NCBI GenBank assembly: GCA_965222605.1
Contig: OZ244960.1
Coordinates: 224,001-288,000 of the forward strand
Direction: 5' to 3'
Source: Candidatus Latescibacterota bacterium
GTDB taxonomy: Bacteria; Latescibacterota; UBA2968
Length of the DNA stretch: 64,000 bases
A program made the translations under genes and the position numbers. The first letter of the stretch is position 1. Every line of letters starts with the position of its first letter. Below the pieces are notes generated by a model. It worked only from the letters and a program-made list of their open reading frames with translations. It made no database searches and was not told the DNA's origin. Shown piece after piece: positions 29,860 through 40,368 of this stretch.

Positions 29860-32325
29860 ATGCGATTTAAAACTCATATCGGATTGATCGCGTTAGCTTG
29901 CTTTTTGGGTACTGGCTCGTCCAGAGGGGAAACCACAATAGACGCGCTGTTTCAGAATGCAATGGAGCAAGTTGATCAGGTGAGTCGTGCGGAAAGCATT
30001 GTGGCTTTGGAGGAGATTATTTCCAAAGATAGAGATTATGCACCTGCATACAACGAATTGGCCAAACTGCATCTGCTGGACTACAGCGTAAATGGGCGAC
30101 AGCGTGCAATGCGAATGATACAGCGTGCAATCGCAATAGACCCTGACAATATTGAGTATCGGCTGACACGCGGAAAGATTTGGTGGCATCAAGGCTTTCG
30201 GTCACGGGCATTGAACCAATTCAAGGATATGATCAAAAAGGATCCGCAAAATACCGCTGTCCTCAATGGACTGGGTATGTTCTGGGTGTATGATTTCCTG
30301 TCACAGAAGGATAGAAGGGCTGCACATCATTCAATGGACCTGGGGTCCAGTATAATAGATTTCAAGAAAATGGCAATGAGGCCCAAAATAAAAGATTTCA
30401 AAATCTTTGCCGAGGAAGCCAAACAAGAAGCACTCCAGGTCTTGCGAAAAAGCATCGAATTGGATGAGACCAACCAGCAACCCTATTATTTGTTGGGCAT
30501 CCTTTACTTTGAAGATAAATACTGGGATGCGTTCCATGCCTTGATGCAAGCCCTGCGCGCGCAATATCCAGATGACAAAAATGCACTATTATTCTGTGGG
30601 CTTGCTGCCTATCAGATTGGCGAGTTCAATAAATCGCATAACTATTATCAACGCGCTCTTGGCTTGATGAGTGTTGAAGAGCGCGAGTTGCTCGAATCAA
30701 TTGACCTGCTTGTGTCCCAGGAAGATCATGCATCCCGCGATATGACGCAGACGATTGATGCGCTCTTGGAACGCGAGATGTTTTGGAAGCGCCAGGATCC
30801 ACTTTATTTGTCTGATTTTAATGAAAGAAAGATGGCACACTTTGGTCGTATGGCATACTCAAATTTGCGATTCAGGAGATTTTTAGATGATGTTGAGGGC
30901 TGGCAGACGGATATGGGGAAGACTTATATCAAATTTGGAAGATATAGACGTCGTATGACAGCCTATAAAGCGACATGGGATTCTAAAAAAGTCTTCAACT
31001 CCGCAATGATGGAGTTCTGGTATTACGAAAATTTCCAGTTCAAATTTTGTGGTACTACGGATGATATCTGGCATTTTTGCGGCGGTGCTACGGTCAAGAC
31101 CCCAAGCGCGGTCCCTACAGTAGAAATCAGTGCCTTTACGTTTGAGCGGTTAGTATCATATGCTGATACTGCGGGAGTACGACCGTATTTTATGAGGAGA
31201 AAATCACCGTCTTCCTTTGTATCACCTATATTGACAGAAGCCTCGCATCACATATTTAAAAAAATAGCACAGCGATTTGTCGATCCGTATCTCAATCGAA
31301 AATACACCCTCCCCTATCAGATCGCCGCCTTTGAAGAACAAGACAGCATGCGGGTCGAACTCAGCTATATGATTCCAAAAGACCGATTAACAGAAAATCC
31401 TGAAACGAGCAAAGTGAGTTTTTGGGATGGCGTCTTCTTCTTTGATCAGCACTGGAATGATCTGTATAACGATCGCCAATCCAGGACCCTAACTTTGCCG
31501 TCGCAGAAGCCAGCACAAAACGCCGCTGCACGACATCGCAACGATCACCTGTTGATCTCGCGCACAGTATCTGTACGCCAGGGCAGCTATCATTTTTCAG
31601 TAGAATTGTTGGATCAAACATCTGGTCTAATTGGTGTGGCACGCGACGAGAAACCCTTCGTGTATGATCAGGAGACCTTCCATCTGAGTGATCTGTTGGT
31701 CGGCAGCGATATTCAAGCGCGCAATGCATTGATAGAAAGCCGTGACGATCTGCTCATCACACCCAATCCTGTTCGCACATTTTCACCATCTGAACCGGTC
31801 TTTATCTATTTGGAACTATATGATCTCAAGCGCAACGATTTTGGCAGCACACAGTATGAGATTTCCTACACCATCGGCAAGCCCGAAGTAGATACCCTGT
31901 CTCCCACCTTGTTTGCATCTCAAAGTCTGATTGAGACCATGGGAAAAACAGAGATTGATCTGCGGAGTGGACAAACAGATTATACAGACGCTCAGGGGTT
32001 GCAGACCGGACGGCCAGAGGATGGCGAGGAGGGCAGTAGCGCATTTGCCGATAGCGATATATGGGGCGAGACAAAGGTTTATACGAGCAGTGGACAGGTC
32101 CATCACATCGCTGCTGAGGACTTGAAGATCAAGCGGGCAAAAGATGGCGATTTGACCCGTACAGTGACAGCCAATTACGAAGGCAATCGAGAAGATGATT
32201 TCACGTATTTGCAGATTGATGTGAACCAGGTGCCTGAAGGAATTTATCAATTAACGGTATTGGCACAGGACAAGCAAACAGAGCAGACGGATAGGAAATA
32301 CGTTTATTTTCGGGTTGTAAAGTGA
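29860..32325 (+). CDS. GWxTD domain protein, copy 3
   Basis: Same architecture; GWQTDMG. Confidence 0.85.
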   Translation: MRFKTHIGLIALACFLGTGSSRGETTIDALFQNAMEQVDQVSRAESIVALEEIISKDRDYAPAYNELAKLHLLDYSVNGRQRAMRMIQRAIAIDPDNIEYRLTRGKIWWHQGFRSRALNQFKDMIKKDPQNTAVLNGLGMFWVYDFLSQKDRRAAHHSMDLGSSIIDFKKMAMRPKIKDFKIFAEEAKQEALQVLRKSIELDETNQQPYYLLGILYFEDKYWDAFHALMQALRAQYPDDKNALLFCGLAAYQIGEFNKSHNYYQRALGLMSVEERELLESIDLLVSQEDHASRDMTQTIDALLEREMFWKRQDPLYLSDFNERKMAHFGRMAYSNLRFRRFLDDVEGWQTDMGKTYIKFGRYRRRMTAYKATWDSKKVFNSAMMEFWYYENFQFKFCGTTDDIWHFCGGATVKTPSAVPTVEISAFTFERLVSYADTAGVRPYFMRRKSPSSFVSPILTEASHHIFKKIAQRFVDPYLNRKYTLPYQIAAFEEQDSMRVELSYMIPKDRLTENPETSKVSFWDGVFFFDQHWNDLYNDRQSRTLTLPSQKPAQNAAARHRNDHLLISRTVSVRQGSYHFSVELLDQTSGLIGVARDEKPFVYDQETFHLSDLLVGSDIQARNALIESRDDLLITPNPVRTFSPSEPVFIYLELYDLKRNDFGSTQYEISYTIGKPEVDTLSPTLFASQSLIETMGKTEIDLRSGQTDYTDAQGLQTGRPEDGEEGSSAFADSDIWGETKVYTSSGQVHHIAAEDLKIKRAKDGDLTRTVTANYEGNREDDFTYLQIDVNQVPEGIYQLTVLAQDKQTEQTDRKYVYFRVVK

Positions 32326-32368
32326 AGAACGATACCAATTCGCCGGTTGTGTCTTGATATTCGTCCTG

Positions 32369-32397
32369 ACCGCCCAGCAACAACGGGCGGTTTTTTA
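32369..32397 (+). terminator. Intrinsic terminator (duplicate of 24907)
   Basis: ACCGCCC-N9-GGGCGGT + T-run. Confidence 0.75.
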
Positions 32398-32437
32398 TTT
32401 TTTAGTCAACTACAACCTTCTGTGCATTTAAAAACAC

Positions 32438-32520
32438 TGCTAATTTTTTCGCTATTTGGGCTTGACAACGAATTTTTAATAGGATATTTTTCTGAAAACT
32501 GATATGCTAATTTTTTCGCA
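32438..32520 (+). promoter_or_regulatory. Promoter copy 3 with two putative BlaI operators
   Basis: TGCTAATTTTTTCGCT (32438), TTGACA (32462)-N17-TATTTT, TGCTAATTTTTTCGCA (32505). Confidence 0.8.
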
Positions 32521-32554
32521 TGGTATCATTCAGATTAATAAAAAGGAGCTAAAA

Positions 32555-32938
32555 ATGGCAAGACTGCGACAAGAGGGTTTGACTGCCCGAGAGATAGAAC
32601 TCATACAGGTACTCTGGCAACAGAAAGAAGCAACCGTCGAGATGATCCAGGCAAAATTGCCCGACCGATTAGAAGGCTCAACCATTCGCACACTCCTGCA
32701 AATCATGGAAGACAAGGGCTATGTGGCACACGAAAAACAAGGACGCGCCAATGTGTACCGCCCCATAATCGAACAACAGCGGGTCCAATCCTCTGCAATG
32801 AAACACATCATTCAGAAACTATTTGGTGGATCAACCGAACTCTTGCTGGCGCGACTGGTTGAAGACGAAGAGATAGACATGGACGATGTGGCGCGATTGC
32901 GTGAGAAACTCAAGCAACACAAAGGAGGCACATCATGA
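32555..32938 (+). CDS. BlaI/MecI/CopY-family repressor, copy 2
   Basis: Near-identical to copy 1; AAGGAG RBS before ATG 32555. Confidence 0.92.
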   Translation: MARLRQEGLTAREIELIQVLWQQKEATVEMIQAKLPDRLEGSTIRTLLQIMEDKGYVAHEKQGRANVYRPIIEQQRVQSSAMKHIIQKLFGGSTELLLARLVEDEEIDMDDVARLREKLKQHKGGTS

Positions 32939-35900
32939 TCGACACATTGGTCAATGTCCTGGAACCCATTGCCATCTTCCTCCTCGATGCGACTATCAAG
33001 ACCACCTTATTTATGGGTCTTGTTCTACTTGCCGTGTGGCTCCTGGACACACGACAGGCAGCCAAACGCAGTTTGCTTTTGAGTTGGTGTCTTGTCGGCG
33101 TGCTGGTCATTCCCATCGCGTCTTTGTGTATGCCTTCACTGCGATTTCAATTTGATGCACCATCGCCACCTTCGGAATCGGCTATTCCATCTCCCCAACC
33201 TGTAGTTGTCCCTGACACACCTCTGGCAAAATCTACACCTGCATTGAAGCAACAAAGGGTATCTGATAGGGCGTTTTCAGAAAACCCAGAACTATCTCAA
33301 AACTTCGTATCTCCCCCGCCTGCACAAATTGTTTTCGCCAAAAATGCCGGGACAAAATCAGTCATTTGGACAGCCTATATACTGAATGAAATCACTTCAG
33401 TACATGCTTTATATGGTGTGATCGCACTCTATGCTATTGGCGTATTGGTTTTACTAATCCGGACAATCTATTGTCTAATCATGGTTTGCAAGTTTCGTCG
33501 ATCTCTATTGCCCTGTGAAGACGAACAGCTTCAAAATGATTTACAGGTCTTAAAGAATCAATTGGGTATTCGGCGATCCGTCGCACTCGCCATCAGTGAC
33601 CAAATCGGCAGTCCAACTCAAGTCGGACTCCTGAAGCCAGTAGTCGTATTGCCCACGCTTATGGTCAAATCGCGCGACCAGTTGGAATCGATTTTGATTC
33701 ACGAACTCATTCATGTGAAGCGATGGGATTGCCTGTATCGTCTGCTCGCAATGGTCGGCATGGCGTTTTACTGGTTCAATCCCCTATTCCACCGCGCTAA
33801 ACACCTGCTTTTTGAAGTTCAAGAACAAGCCTGCGATGATTGGACAATAACGACAACTGGCAATTCTGAAAGCTATGCGGATACGCTCCTGAATGTAGCA
33901 ACCCAACTACATCCTCGTCCTGCGATGGCTCTGGGCATGGACATGGCGCGAACAACTCAGGTCATGGAACGCGTCAATCGCATTATCACTCTCGGCGGCC
34001 ATGTGACCCCGCGCGTTGGTCGCGTGTCGGCACTGGTGTTGGCAGTGGTATTTATCGGTGGGGCGACAGCCATTGGCAGCCTGACCACTGCAAAGGTCGA
34101 TCAGAATGAAAAAAAAGTTGTGTTTGAGGGCGGCATTGCCGTAACCGATACCAGCGACGTATCGCAGCGAACACTTCCAATGAAAATGCGCGATGGTCGC
34201 CTGTGGTGGCGTGGCGAGAATGGGCTCTATTTGCAGGATGGAGATGCGTGGCAAAAGTTCACATTGCCGGAAGGTGGTTCATTCGACCATATACATGCCT
34301 TTATGCAAGCGCGCAATGGCTCAATGTGGTTTGCCGGTATATATATAAATGGGCCAATTGTCGTGAACTTTAGCGGAAAGACATGGCAGATATGGGATTC
34401 AAAAACAACGGGCTTGGGAAAAATTACCGCTGGATATGACTTTGCCGAAGATGAGGATGGCGGTATCTGGATTTCCCACCACGGTATGGGAAATATCAGA
34501 GCACACGGAGGCTCCGATCGCTTCAAAGGTGGAAACGGTGTCTTGCATTTTGATGGCAAAGTATGGCGCAACTATACCGTGAAAGATGGATTGATTCACA
34601 ATCGGGTTTATAATGTGGAAGCCGATCCCAAAGGCGGCGTGTGGATCGCAACCCTTCGCGGATTGAGCCACTACAAAGATGGAAAATGGACCTCTCATAT
34701 TGTCGATAGCGTGCCCGTAGAGGGCGTGCGTAATGGCAATATATATGATGGCCACAAGGTATATAAACTACTTTATGATCGGGAAGGCACGCTTTGGGCC
34801 GTGCATGGATCGAATATTGGGCGCACTATAACGCAATACAAAGGAGGGATTTCCAGCTTTGACGGCACAGCCTGGACCCATTACAACGCGCAGGCGGGAT
34901 TGCCCATCAATGCTTCTCGAAATATCTGGCAAACAGAAAATGGCGATCTGTGGTTTGGTACGCATCAAGGTGACCAAACGGTGGTAGAAGCCAGAGGCTT
35001 GATGCGGTATAAGGATGGAATGTGGTTGCGATTGACACGCAAGCACGACCTACCCGGCGATTCTGTATGGGGCCTGGTTGAAAAAGGCGATGGGTCTTTT
35101 TATCTGGGTGTTTCTGGTATTGTATCTTATAAGCCTCCTATCGATCACCTATCAACAATATCTGGTAAAGTGATCGATCAGCGCGATGGCCACCCCGTAG
35201 CAAATATGAGAATATGGATCGAATACGACGATGGCGAGGTGCATGCGGGAACCGCAACAGATGAAAATGGTCACTATCGCGTTGAAGTCACCCCCGGATC
35301 GTATCGCGTGCGGATCGCGTCTAAGAATGCTGCTGAACCCGTGACCGTTGAGGCAAAACCCGAGAGTAAAATTGAAAACATCGACCTGCTCTTGCTCAAC
35401 TCGCGCCGCATCTCTGGTCGCGTACTCGACAAATTCGATAATCCGATTGCCAATGCTGTTGTGGTGATTTCCGATGATACTTCGGAAGACCGAAGATTGT
35501 CTCCTCAGATCGTGACCACAGATGCCAATGGAAAATTTGAAGGCTGGCAGGTCTCGGGCCCGAAGGCTACTTTTGAAGTGGCAGCAAAAGGATATGCACA
35601 AATCGCGCGGGAAGTTGAAAATGCTATTGAAAAGCAAGTAGTGATTAGTCTCAAAAAAGGAACGATGTTTCGCGGTCGCGTTGTGGATGAGTTGGGCAAA
35701 CCCATTGCCTGGGCGCGCGTTGGTCCTGGGCCTCCACCGGATCCTGAAAAGAAAGTATATGTATTGCCCGCATTACCCTTTCAGCGCAATACTTATACCG
35801 ATGCGTCAGGTCTGTTCACTCTAAATGACGTAGCGAGAGGCCACATCTGGGTGAATCATCCCGAGACCGGAATTGTGAGTCAAGAGGTTATGCCTGCCGA

Positions 35901-36975
35901 TGATGTGATAGATATCCGCGTAGAACGTTTGCGTTTGTACTCTATTTCAGGTAGGGTATCGCTAACTGGCGTGCCCGTAGAAAGGCTAACGGTCAGAACC
36001 ATTGCCCTTAATGGAGCAGAATCCAGACCCCAAGTAGGCCGCCCTGACGCTAATGGTGCATATCGTCAGGAGGGTCTGGAGCCAGGGAAATATCATATTT
36101 CCGTAACCGTACCCGAAAAAGAGGAAAGGGATGGACGCACAATCGTAATCAATCGCAGAGTTCAATCTCAGGTGCTGGTAATCAAAGACCGCGATGTAAT
36201 ATTGAACTTTGCGCCTCTGGGCGATGCGCGAATTACAGGTGTGGCAACTTACAAGGGACAGCCCGTTTCAGATGTTGCCATAAGCGTCCATACTATAGGC
36301 GATGATCCTGAGAATTTTGTCTCAATAGAAGGCAAAAAAACAAACAAAGAGGGCCGGTTTGAATTACGCGATCTACCTTCTGCACGGATTACCATTTCTT
36401 TTCGTAAAATGGAACGCCTCGGCCCTGGTGGAAAACGCTGGAGCAAAGTCGATAGGATTGATCTGACGAATAAAAAAGAATTGAGTTATATAGCAGAATT
36501 GGAAATGGAGGAACGTCCGACCTTGAGCCTGGGTGATATAGCACCCGAATTTGAAGCCAAACAGTTGGATGGTTCAACATTCCGGCTCTCAGATTACCGG
36601 GGCAAAAAAGCCGTGTTGATCGACTTTTGGGCAACGTGGTGTGGCCCGTGTATCGATGAAATTCCGATGATCAAAAGCATTGCCGAAACATATCGGGATC
36701 AGGGACTGGAAGTTGTGGGCGTGAGTTTGGACCGGGATGAGCAGGCACTACGAGATTTTGTAAAAAAGGAAAAGCTGAGCTATGTGCAGGTATTTGAAAA
36801 AGAAAAAACGCGAGCGATTTCAAAATCCTACGGTGTATGGGGCATCCCATCGGTATTTCTGATAGATAAAAATGGCGTCATCAACGCGATGAAGCTACGC
36901 GGAACTCGCACAGAAGTGGCGGTAAAGGCGTTATTGGCCAATGATCTACAGACGGCTGATGGAAATTCGCGATAA
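32935..36975 (+). CDS. M56 (BlaR1-like) metallopeptidase-propeller-Ig-TlpA fusion, copy 2
   Basis: HELIH, WFNPL, EQACDD, propeller repeats, WCGPC. Confidence 0.9.
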   Translation: MIDTLVNVLEPIAIFLLDATIKTTLFMGLVLLAVWLLDTRQAAKRSLLLSWCLVGVLVIPIASLCMPSLRFQFDAPSPPSESAIPSPQPVVVPDTPLAKSTPALKQQRVSDRAFSENPELSQNFVSPPPAQIVFAKNAGTKSVIWTAYILNEITSVHALYGVIALYAIGVLVLLIRTIYCLIMVCKFRRSLLPCEDEQLQNDLQVLKNQLGIRRSVALAISDQIGSPTQVGLLKPVVVLPTLMVKSRDQLESILIHELIHVKRWDCLYRLLAMVGMAFYWFNPLFHRAKHLLFEVQEQACDDWTITTTGNSESYADTLLNVATQLHPRPAMALGMDMARTTQVMERVNRIITLGGHVTPRVGRVSALVLAVVFIGGATAIGSLTTAKVDQNEKKVVFEGGIAVTDTSDVSQRTLPMKMRDGRLWWRGENGLYLQDGDAWQKFTLPEGGSFDHIHAFMQARNGSMWFAGIYINGPIVVNFSGKTWQIWDSKTTGLGKITAGYDFAEDEDGGIWISHHGMGNIRAHGGSDRFKGGNGVLHFDGKVWRNYTVKDGLIHNRVYNVEADPKGGVWIATLRGLSHYKDGKWTSHIVDSVPVEGVRNGNIYDGHKVYKLLYDREGTLWAVHGSNIGRTITQYKGGISSFDGTAWTHYNAQAGLPINASRNIWQTENGDLWFGTHQGDQTVVEARGLMRYKDGMWLRLTRKHDLPGDSVWGLVEKGDGSFYLGVSGIVSYKPPIDHLSTISGKVIDQRDGHPVANMRIWIEYDDGEVHAGTATDENGHYRVEVTPGSYRVRIASKNAAEPVTVEAKPESKIENIDLLLLNSRRISGRVLDKFDNPIANAVVVISDDTSEDRRLSPQIVTTDANGKFEGWQVSGPKATFEVAAKGYAQIAREVENAIEKQVVISLKKGTMFRGRVVDELGKPIAWARVGPGPPPDPEKKVYVLPALPFQRNTYTDASGLFTLNDVARGHIWVNHPETGIVSQEVMPADDVIDIRVERLRLYSISGRVSLTGVPVERLTVRTIALNGAESRPQVGRPDANGAYRQEGLEPGKYHISVTVPEKEERDGRTIVINRRVQSQVLVIKDRDVILNFAPLGDARITGVATYKGQPVSDVAISVHTIGDDPENFVSIEGKKTNKEGRFELRDLPSARITISFRKMERLGPGGKRWSKVDRIDLTNKKELSYIAELEMEERPTLSLGDIAPEFEAKQLDGSTFRLSDYRGKKAVLIDFWATWCGPCIDEIPMIKSIAETYRDQGLEVVGVSLDRDEQALRDFVKKEKLSYVQVFEKEKTRAISKSYGVWGIPSVFLIDKNGVINAMKLRGTRTEVAVKALLANDLQTADGNSR

Positions 36976-37013
36976 AATTTTATGGCGTTGATGATCATTT
37001 GAAAGGGTGAAGA

Positions 37014-39479
37014 ATGCGATTCACAATTCATATCGGATTGATCGCGTTGGCTTGCCTTTGGGGTTCTGGCTCGTCCAAAGGCGAAACCACAATAGACGCG
37101 CTGTTTCAGAATGCAAGGGAGCAAGTTGATCAGGTGAGTCGTGCGGAAAGCATTGTGGCTTTGGAGGAGATTATTTCCAAAGATAGAGATTATGCACCTG
37201 CATACAACGAATTGGCCAAACTACATCTGTTGGACCACACCGTAAATGGCCGACAGCGCGCAATGCAGATGATACAGCAGGCAATCGAAATTGATCCCGA
37301 CAATATTGAGTATCAGCTAACGCGAGGAAAGATTTTGTGGCATCAAGGCTTTCGGTCACGGGCATTGAACCAATTCAAAGACATGACCCAAAAGCATCCT
37401 GAAAATACGGATGTCCTCAATAGTATAGGTATGTTTTGGGTGTATGACTTCCTGTCACAGAAGGATAGAAGAGCACCATTAAGAGAGATGAACATGAGGT
37501 CCCTTATATTCAAAGATTTCAATAAAATGGCAATGCGATCCAGAATAAAAGATTTCAAAATCTTTGCCCAGGAAGCCAAACAAGAAGCAATTCCGATCTT
37601 GCGAAAAAGCATCGAATTGGATGCCACTGATCAGCAATCCTATTATTTGCTGGGCATCCTCTACTTTGAAGATGAGGACTGGTATGCGTTTCAAACCTTG
37701 ATGCAAGACTTGTACGCGCAATATCCAGATGACAAAAATGCACTGTTGTTCTGTGGCCTTGCCGCTTATCAGATTGGCGAATTTAATGAATCGCATGAAT
37801 ACTATCAACGTGCCCTTGACTTGATGCGTGTTGAAGAACGCGAGTTGCTCGAATCTATTGACCTGCTCGTGCCTGAAGAAGGGCATGCATCCCGCGATAC
37901 GACGCAGGCAATTGATGAGTCATTGGAACGCGAGATCTTTTGGAAGCGCCAGGATCCGCTCTATTTGTCTGATTTTAACGAAAGAAAAATGGAGCACTTT
38001 GGTCGCATAGCGTATTCGAATTTGCGGTTCAGGCGATTTTCAGATGATGTTGAGGGCTGGCAGACGGACATGGGGAAGACCTATATCAAATTTGGAAGAT
38101 ATAGACGTCGCATGACAACCTATAAAGGGACATGGGATTCTGAAGAGGTCCAGGGTGCCGCAATGGTGGAGTTCTGGTATTACGAAAATTTCCAGTTCAA
38201 ATTTTGTGGTACTAGGGATGATATCTGGCATTTCTGCGGCGGTGCTGTAGGCTACCTCCCAAGCACGGTGCCTACAGTAAGAATCAGTACCTTTACTTAT
38301 GAGAAGGTAATATCATATGCTGATACTGCGGGAGTACGACCGTATTTTATGCAAAGAAAATCACGGTCTTCTTTTGTCCCACGTACATTGGAAGGGACCT
38401 CTTACACCTTTCGGAAAACAGCCCAACGCTTTATCGATCCGTATTTAAATCGCAAATACACCTTGCCTTATCAGATCGCCGCCTTTGAAGAACGAGACAG
38501 CATGCGAGTCGAACTCAGCTATATGATTCCCAAGGACCGATTAACAGAAAATCCTGAAATGGGCAAAGTGAGTTTTTGGGATGGGGTATTCTTCTTCGAT
38601 CAGCAGTGGAATGAGGTGTATAAATATCGCAAATCCGTGAGCTTTGTATTGCCGCCGCAGAAGCCAGCCTCCAATGCTGCTGCACGGCATCGCAACGATC
38701 ACCTGTTGATCTCCCGCACATTGTCTGTACCTCAAGGCAGCTATCATGTTTCTGTAGAATTATTGGATCAGACATCCGGCGCAATTGGTATTGCACGCAA
38801 TGAGGAACAATTTTTGTATGACCAGGAGCCCTTTCATCTGAGCGATCTGCTCGTCGGCAACGATATTCAAACGAAGAAAGCATTGCCAGAAAGCCGCGAC
38901 GACCTGCACATCACACCCAATCCCGTCCGTACATTTTCACCATCTGAACCGGTCTTTATCTATCTGGAACTATATGATCTCCAGCGCGACGCTTTCGGCA
39001 GCACGCAATATGAGATCTCCTACACCATCGGCAAGCCAGAGGTGGATACGCTATCGCCCACATTATTCGCCTCTCAAGATCTGATTGAGACGATGGGAAA
39101 AACAGAGATTGATCTGAGGAGTGAACAAGCAGACCAAATTGCTGCCGAGAATTTGCAGACCGGGCAATCACAGGATGACGATGTGCTCGATAGCGTATTT
39201 CCCGATAGCGATATATGGGGCGAGACGAGGGTTTATACGAGTGGTGGTCAAGTCCATCACATCGCCGCCGAGGGCTTGAAGATCAAGCGATCAAAAGATG
39301 GTGATTTGACCCGCACTGTCACAGCGAATTACGAAGGCAATCGAGAAGATGATTTTACATACTTGCAGATTGATGTGAACCAGGTACCCGAGGGGGTTTA
39401 TCAATTGACCGTATTGGCAAAAGACAAGCGGACGGAGCAGACGGATAGGAAATATGTCTATTTCCGTATCATAGAATAA
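37014..39479 (+). CDS. GWxTD domain protein, copy 4
   Basis: Same architecture; GWQTDMG. Confidence 0.85.
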   Translation: MRFTIHIGLIALACLWGSGSSKGETTIDALFQNAREQVDQVSRAESIVALEEIISKDRDYAPAYNELAKLHLLDHTVNGRQRAMQMIQQAIEIDPDNIEYQLTRGKILWHQGFRSRALNQFKDMTQKHPENTDVLNSIGMFWVYDFLSQKDRRAPLREMNMRSLIFKDFNKMAMRSRIKDFKIFAQEAKQEAIPILRKSIELDATDQQSYYLLGILYFEDEDWYAFQTLMQDLYAQYPDDKNALLFCGLAAYQIGEFNESHEYYQRALDLMRVEERELLESIDLLVPEEGHASRDTTQAIDESLEREIFWKRQDPLYLSDFNERKMEHFGRIAYSNLRFRRFSDDVEGWQTDMGKTYIKFGRYRRRMTTYKGTWDSEEVQGAAMVEFWYYENFQFKFCGTRDDIWHFCGGAVGYLPSTVPTVRISTFTYEKVISYADTAGVRPYFMQRKSRSSFVPRTLEGTSYTFRKTAQRFIDPYLNRKYTLPYQIAAFEERDSMRVELSYMIPKDRLTENPEMGKVSFWDGVFFFDQQWNEVYKYRKSVSFVLPPQKPASNAAARHRNDHLLISRTLSVPQGSYHVSVELLDQTSGAIGIARNEEQFLYDQEPFHLSDLLVGNDIQTKKALPESRDDLHITPNPVRTFSPSEPVFIYLELYDLQRDAFGSTQYEISYTIGKPEVDTLSPTLFASQDLIETMGKTEIDLRSEQADQIAAENLQTGQSQDDDVLDSVFPDSDIWGETRVYTSGGQVHHIAAEGLKIKRSKDGDLTRTVTANYEGNREDDFTYLQIDVNQVPEGVYQLTVLAKDKRTEQTDRKYVYFRIIE

Positions 39480-39563
39480 ATATTGGATACCAATGCATGG
39501 TTAGCTATATTTTTTAAAGAGAATATAAACCTTGACTATCACACTCCAAAAAGAGGATACAAA

Positions 39564-39848
39564 ATGGAACCTCTTATTATTCAAATTGGTCGTCAACGGG
39601 ATGGTTGCACTTACCAACTACACCCATCTTCTCGTGTCCAACTTAAAAAAGCGTTCCCGAATGTACGCTCGGTCCCCAGTGTTTTTATAGGTTACGATAC
39701 GCAATCAGACTTTGAGGTATTGCACGGCCCTCTGTGGAAGCAAGTCGCTATAATGCTAACGGGACTGTCATGGAAACGAATTGAAGACTTAGGTGGCATT
39801 AAAATTTACGATCCTGTACAAGAAATAGCAGTTGAACAGGTCTTGTAG
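39564..39848 (+). CDS. Small hypothetical protein (94 aa)
   Basis: GAGGA RBS before ATG 39564; next gene starts 1 nt after the stop. Confidence 0.6.
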   Translation: MEPLIIQIGRQRDGCTYQLHPSSRVQLKKAFPNVRSVPSVFIGYDTQSDFEVLHGPLWKQVAIMLTGLSWKRIEDLGGIKIYDPVQEIAVEQVL

Positions 39849-39849
39849 C

Positions 39850-40323
39850 ATGTCGCGACGCAATCTCTACATCGGCAAGAGCGGACAGATGGCTGTCATG
39901 GCCGAATATCTTGCCCGCGGATACAATGTGGCCATTCCCGAAGTGGATATTGGTGACGACATCTTTGTCGTACGCGATGAAATTGGTGAATTCTCTCGAA
40001 TCCAGGTTAAATCCGCCACAGCCAGAAATAGAACGGGCGGATTTACCGCCCAGTTTAGTGTGCTGTTCAGACAACTGCAAACACCATTGATTCCTGACCT
40101 TTACTATGTGTTCACTACGCGCCGCAAAGAACGATGGGAAGAATTTTTGATCTTTGGACGACGCGAACTCTACGACTGCCACATCAACAACAACGTGGGC
40201 ACGCGCACCAGGCAGAACGTCATATTTCGTTTTTCTTTTTTTAATTCTGATGTGATCTGTCAGAAGCAGAGCTTTCAGGCGTACAGAAACAATTGGTCGA
40301 ACTGGCCGACAGTTGAGCACTGA
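39850..40323 (+). CDS. PD-(D/E)XK superfamily nuclease-like protein
   Basis: G..G...V.AEYLARGYNVAIPEVDIGDD...RIQVKS. Confidence 0.7.
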   Translation: MSRRNLYIGKSGQMAVMAEYLARGYNVAIPEVDIGDDIFVVRDEIGEFSRIQVKSATARNRTGGFTAQFSVLFRQLQTPLIPDLYYVFTTRRKERWEEFLIFGRRELYDCHINNNVGTRTRQNVIFRFSFFNSDVICQKQSFQAYRNNWSNWPTVEH

Positions 40324-40368
40324 CCGGGACCTGCTTGCATCTAATGGTGCAGCGAAAAGGAATGATCA

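Noticed and set aside
25280-36975. Beta-lactam resistance (bla/mec) locus
   Set aside because: No penicillin-binding sensor domain and no beta-lactamase or PBP gene
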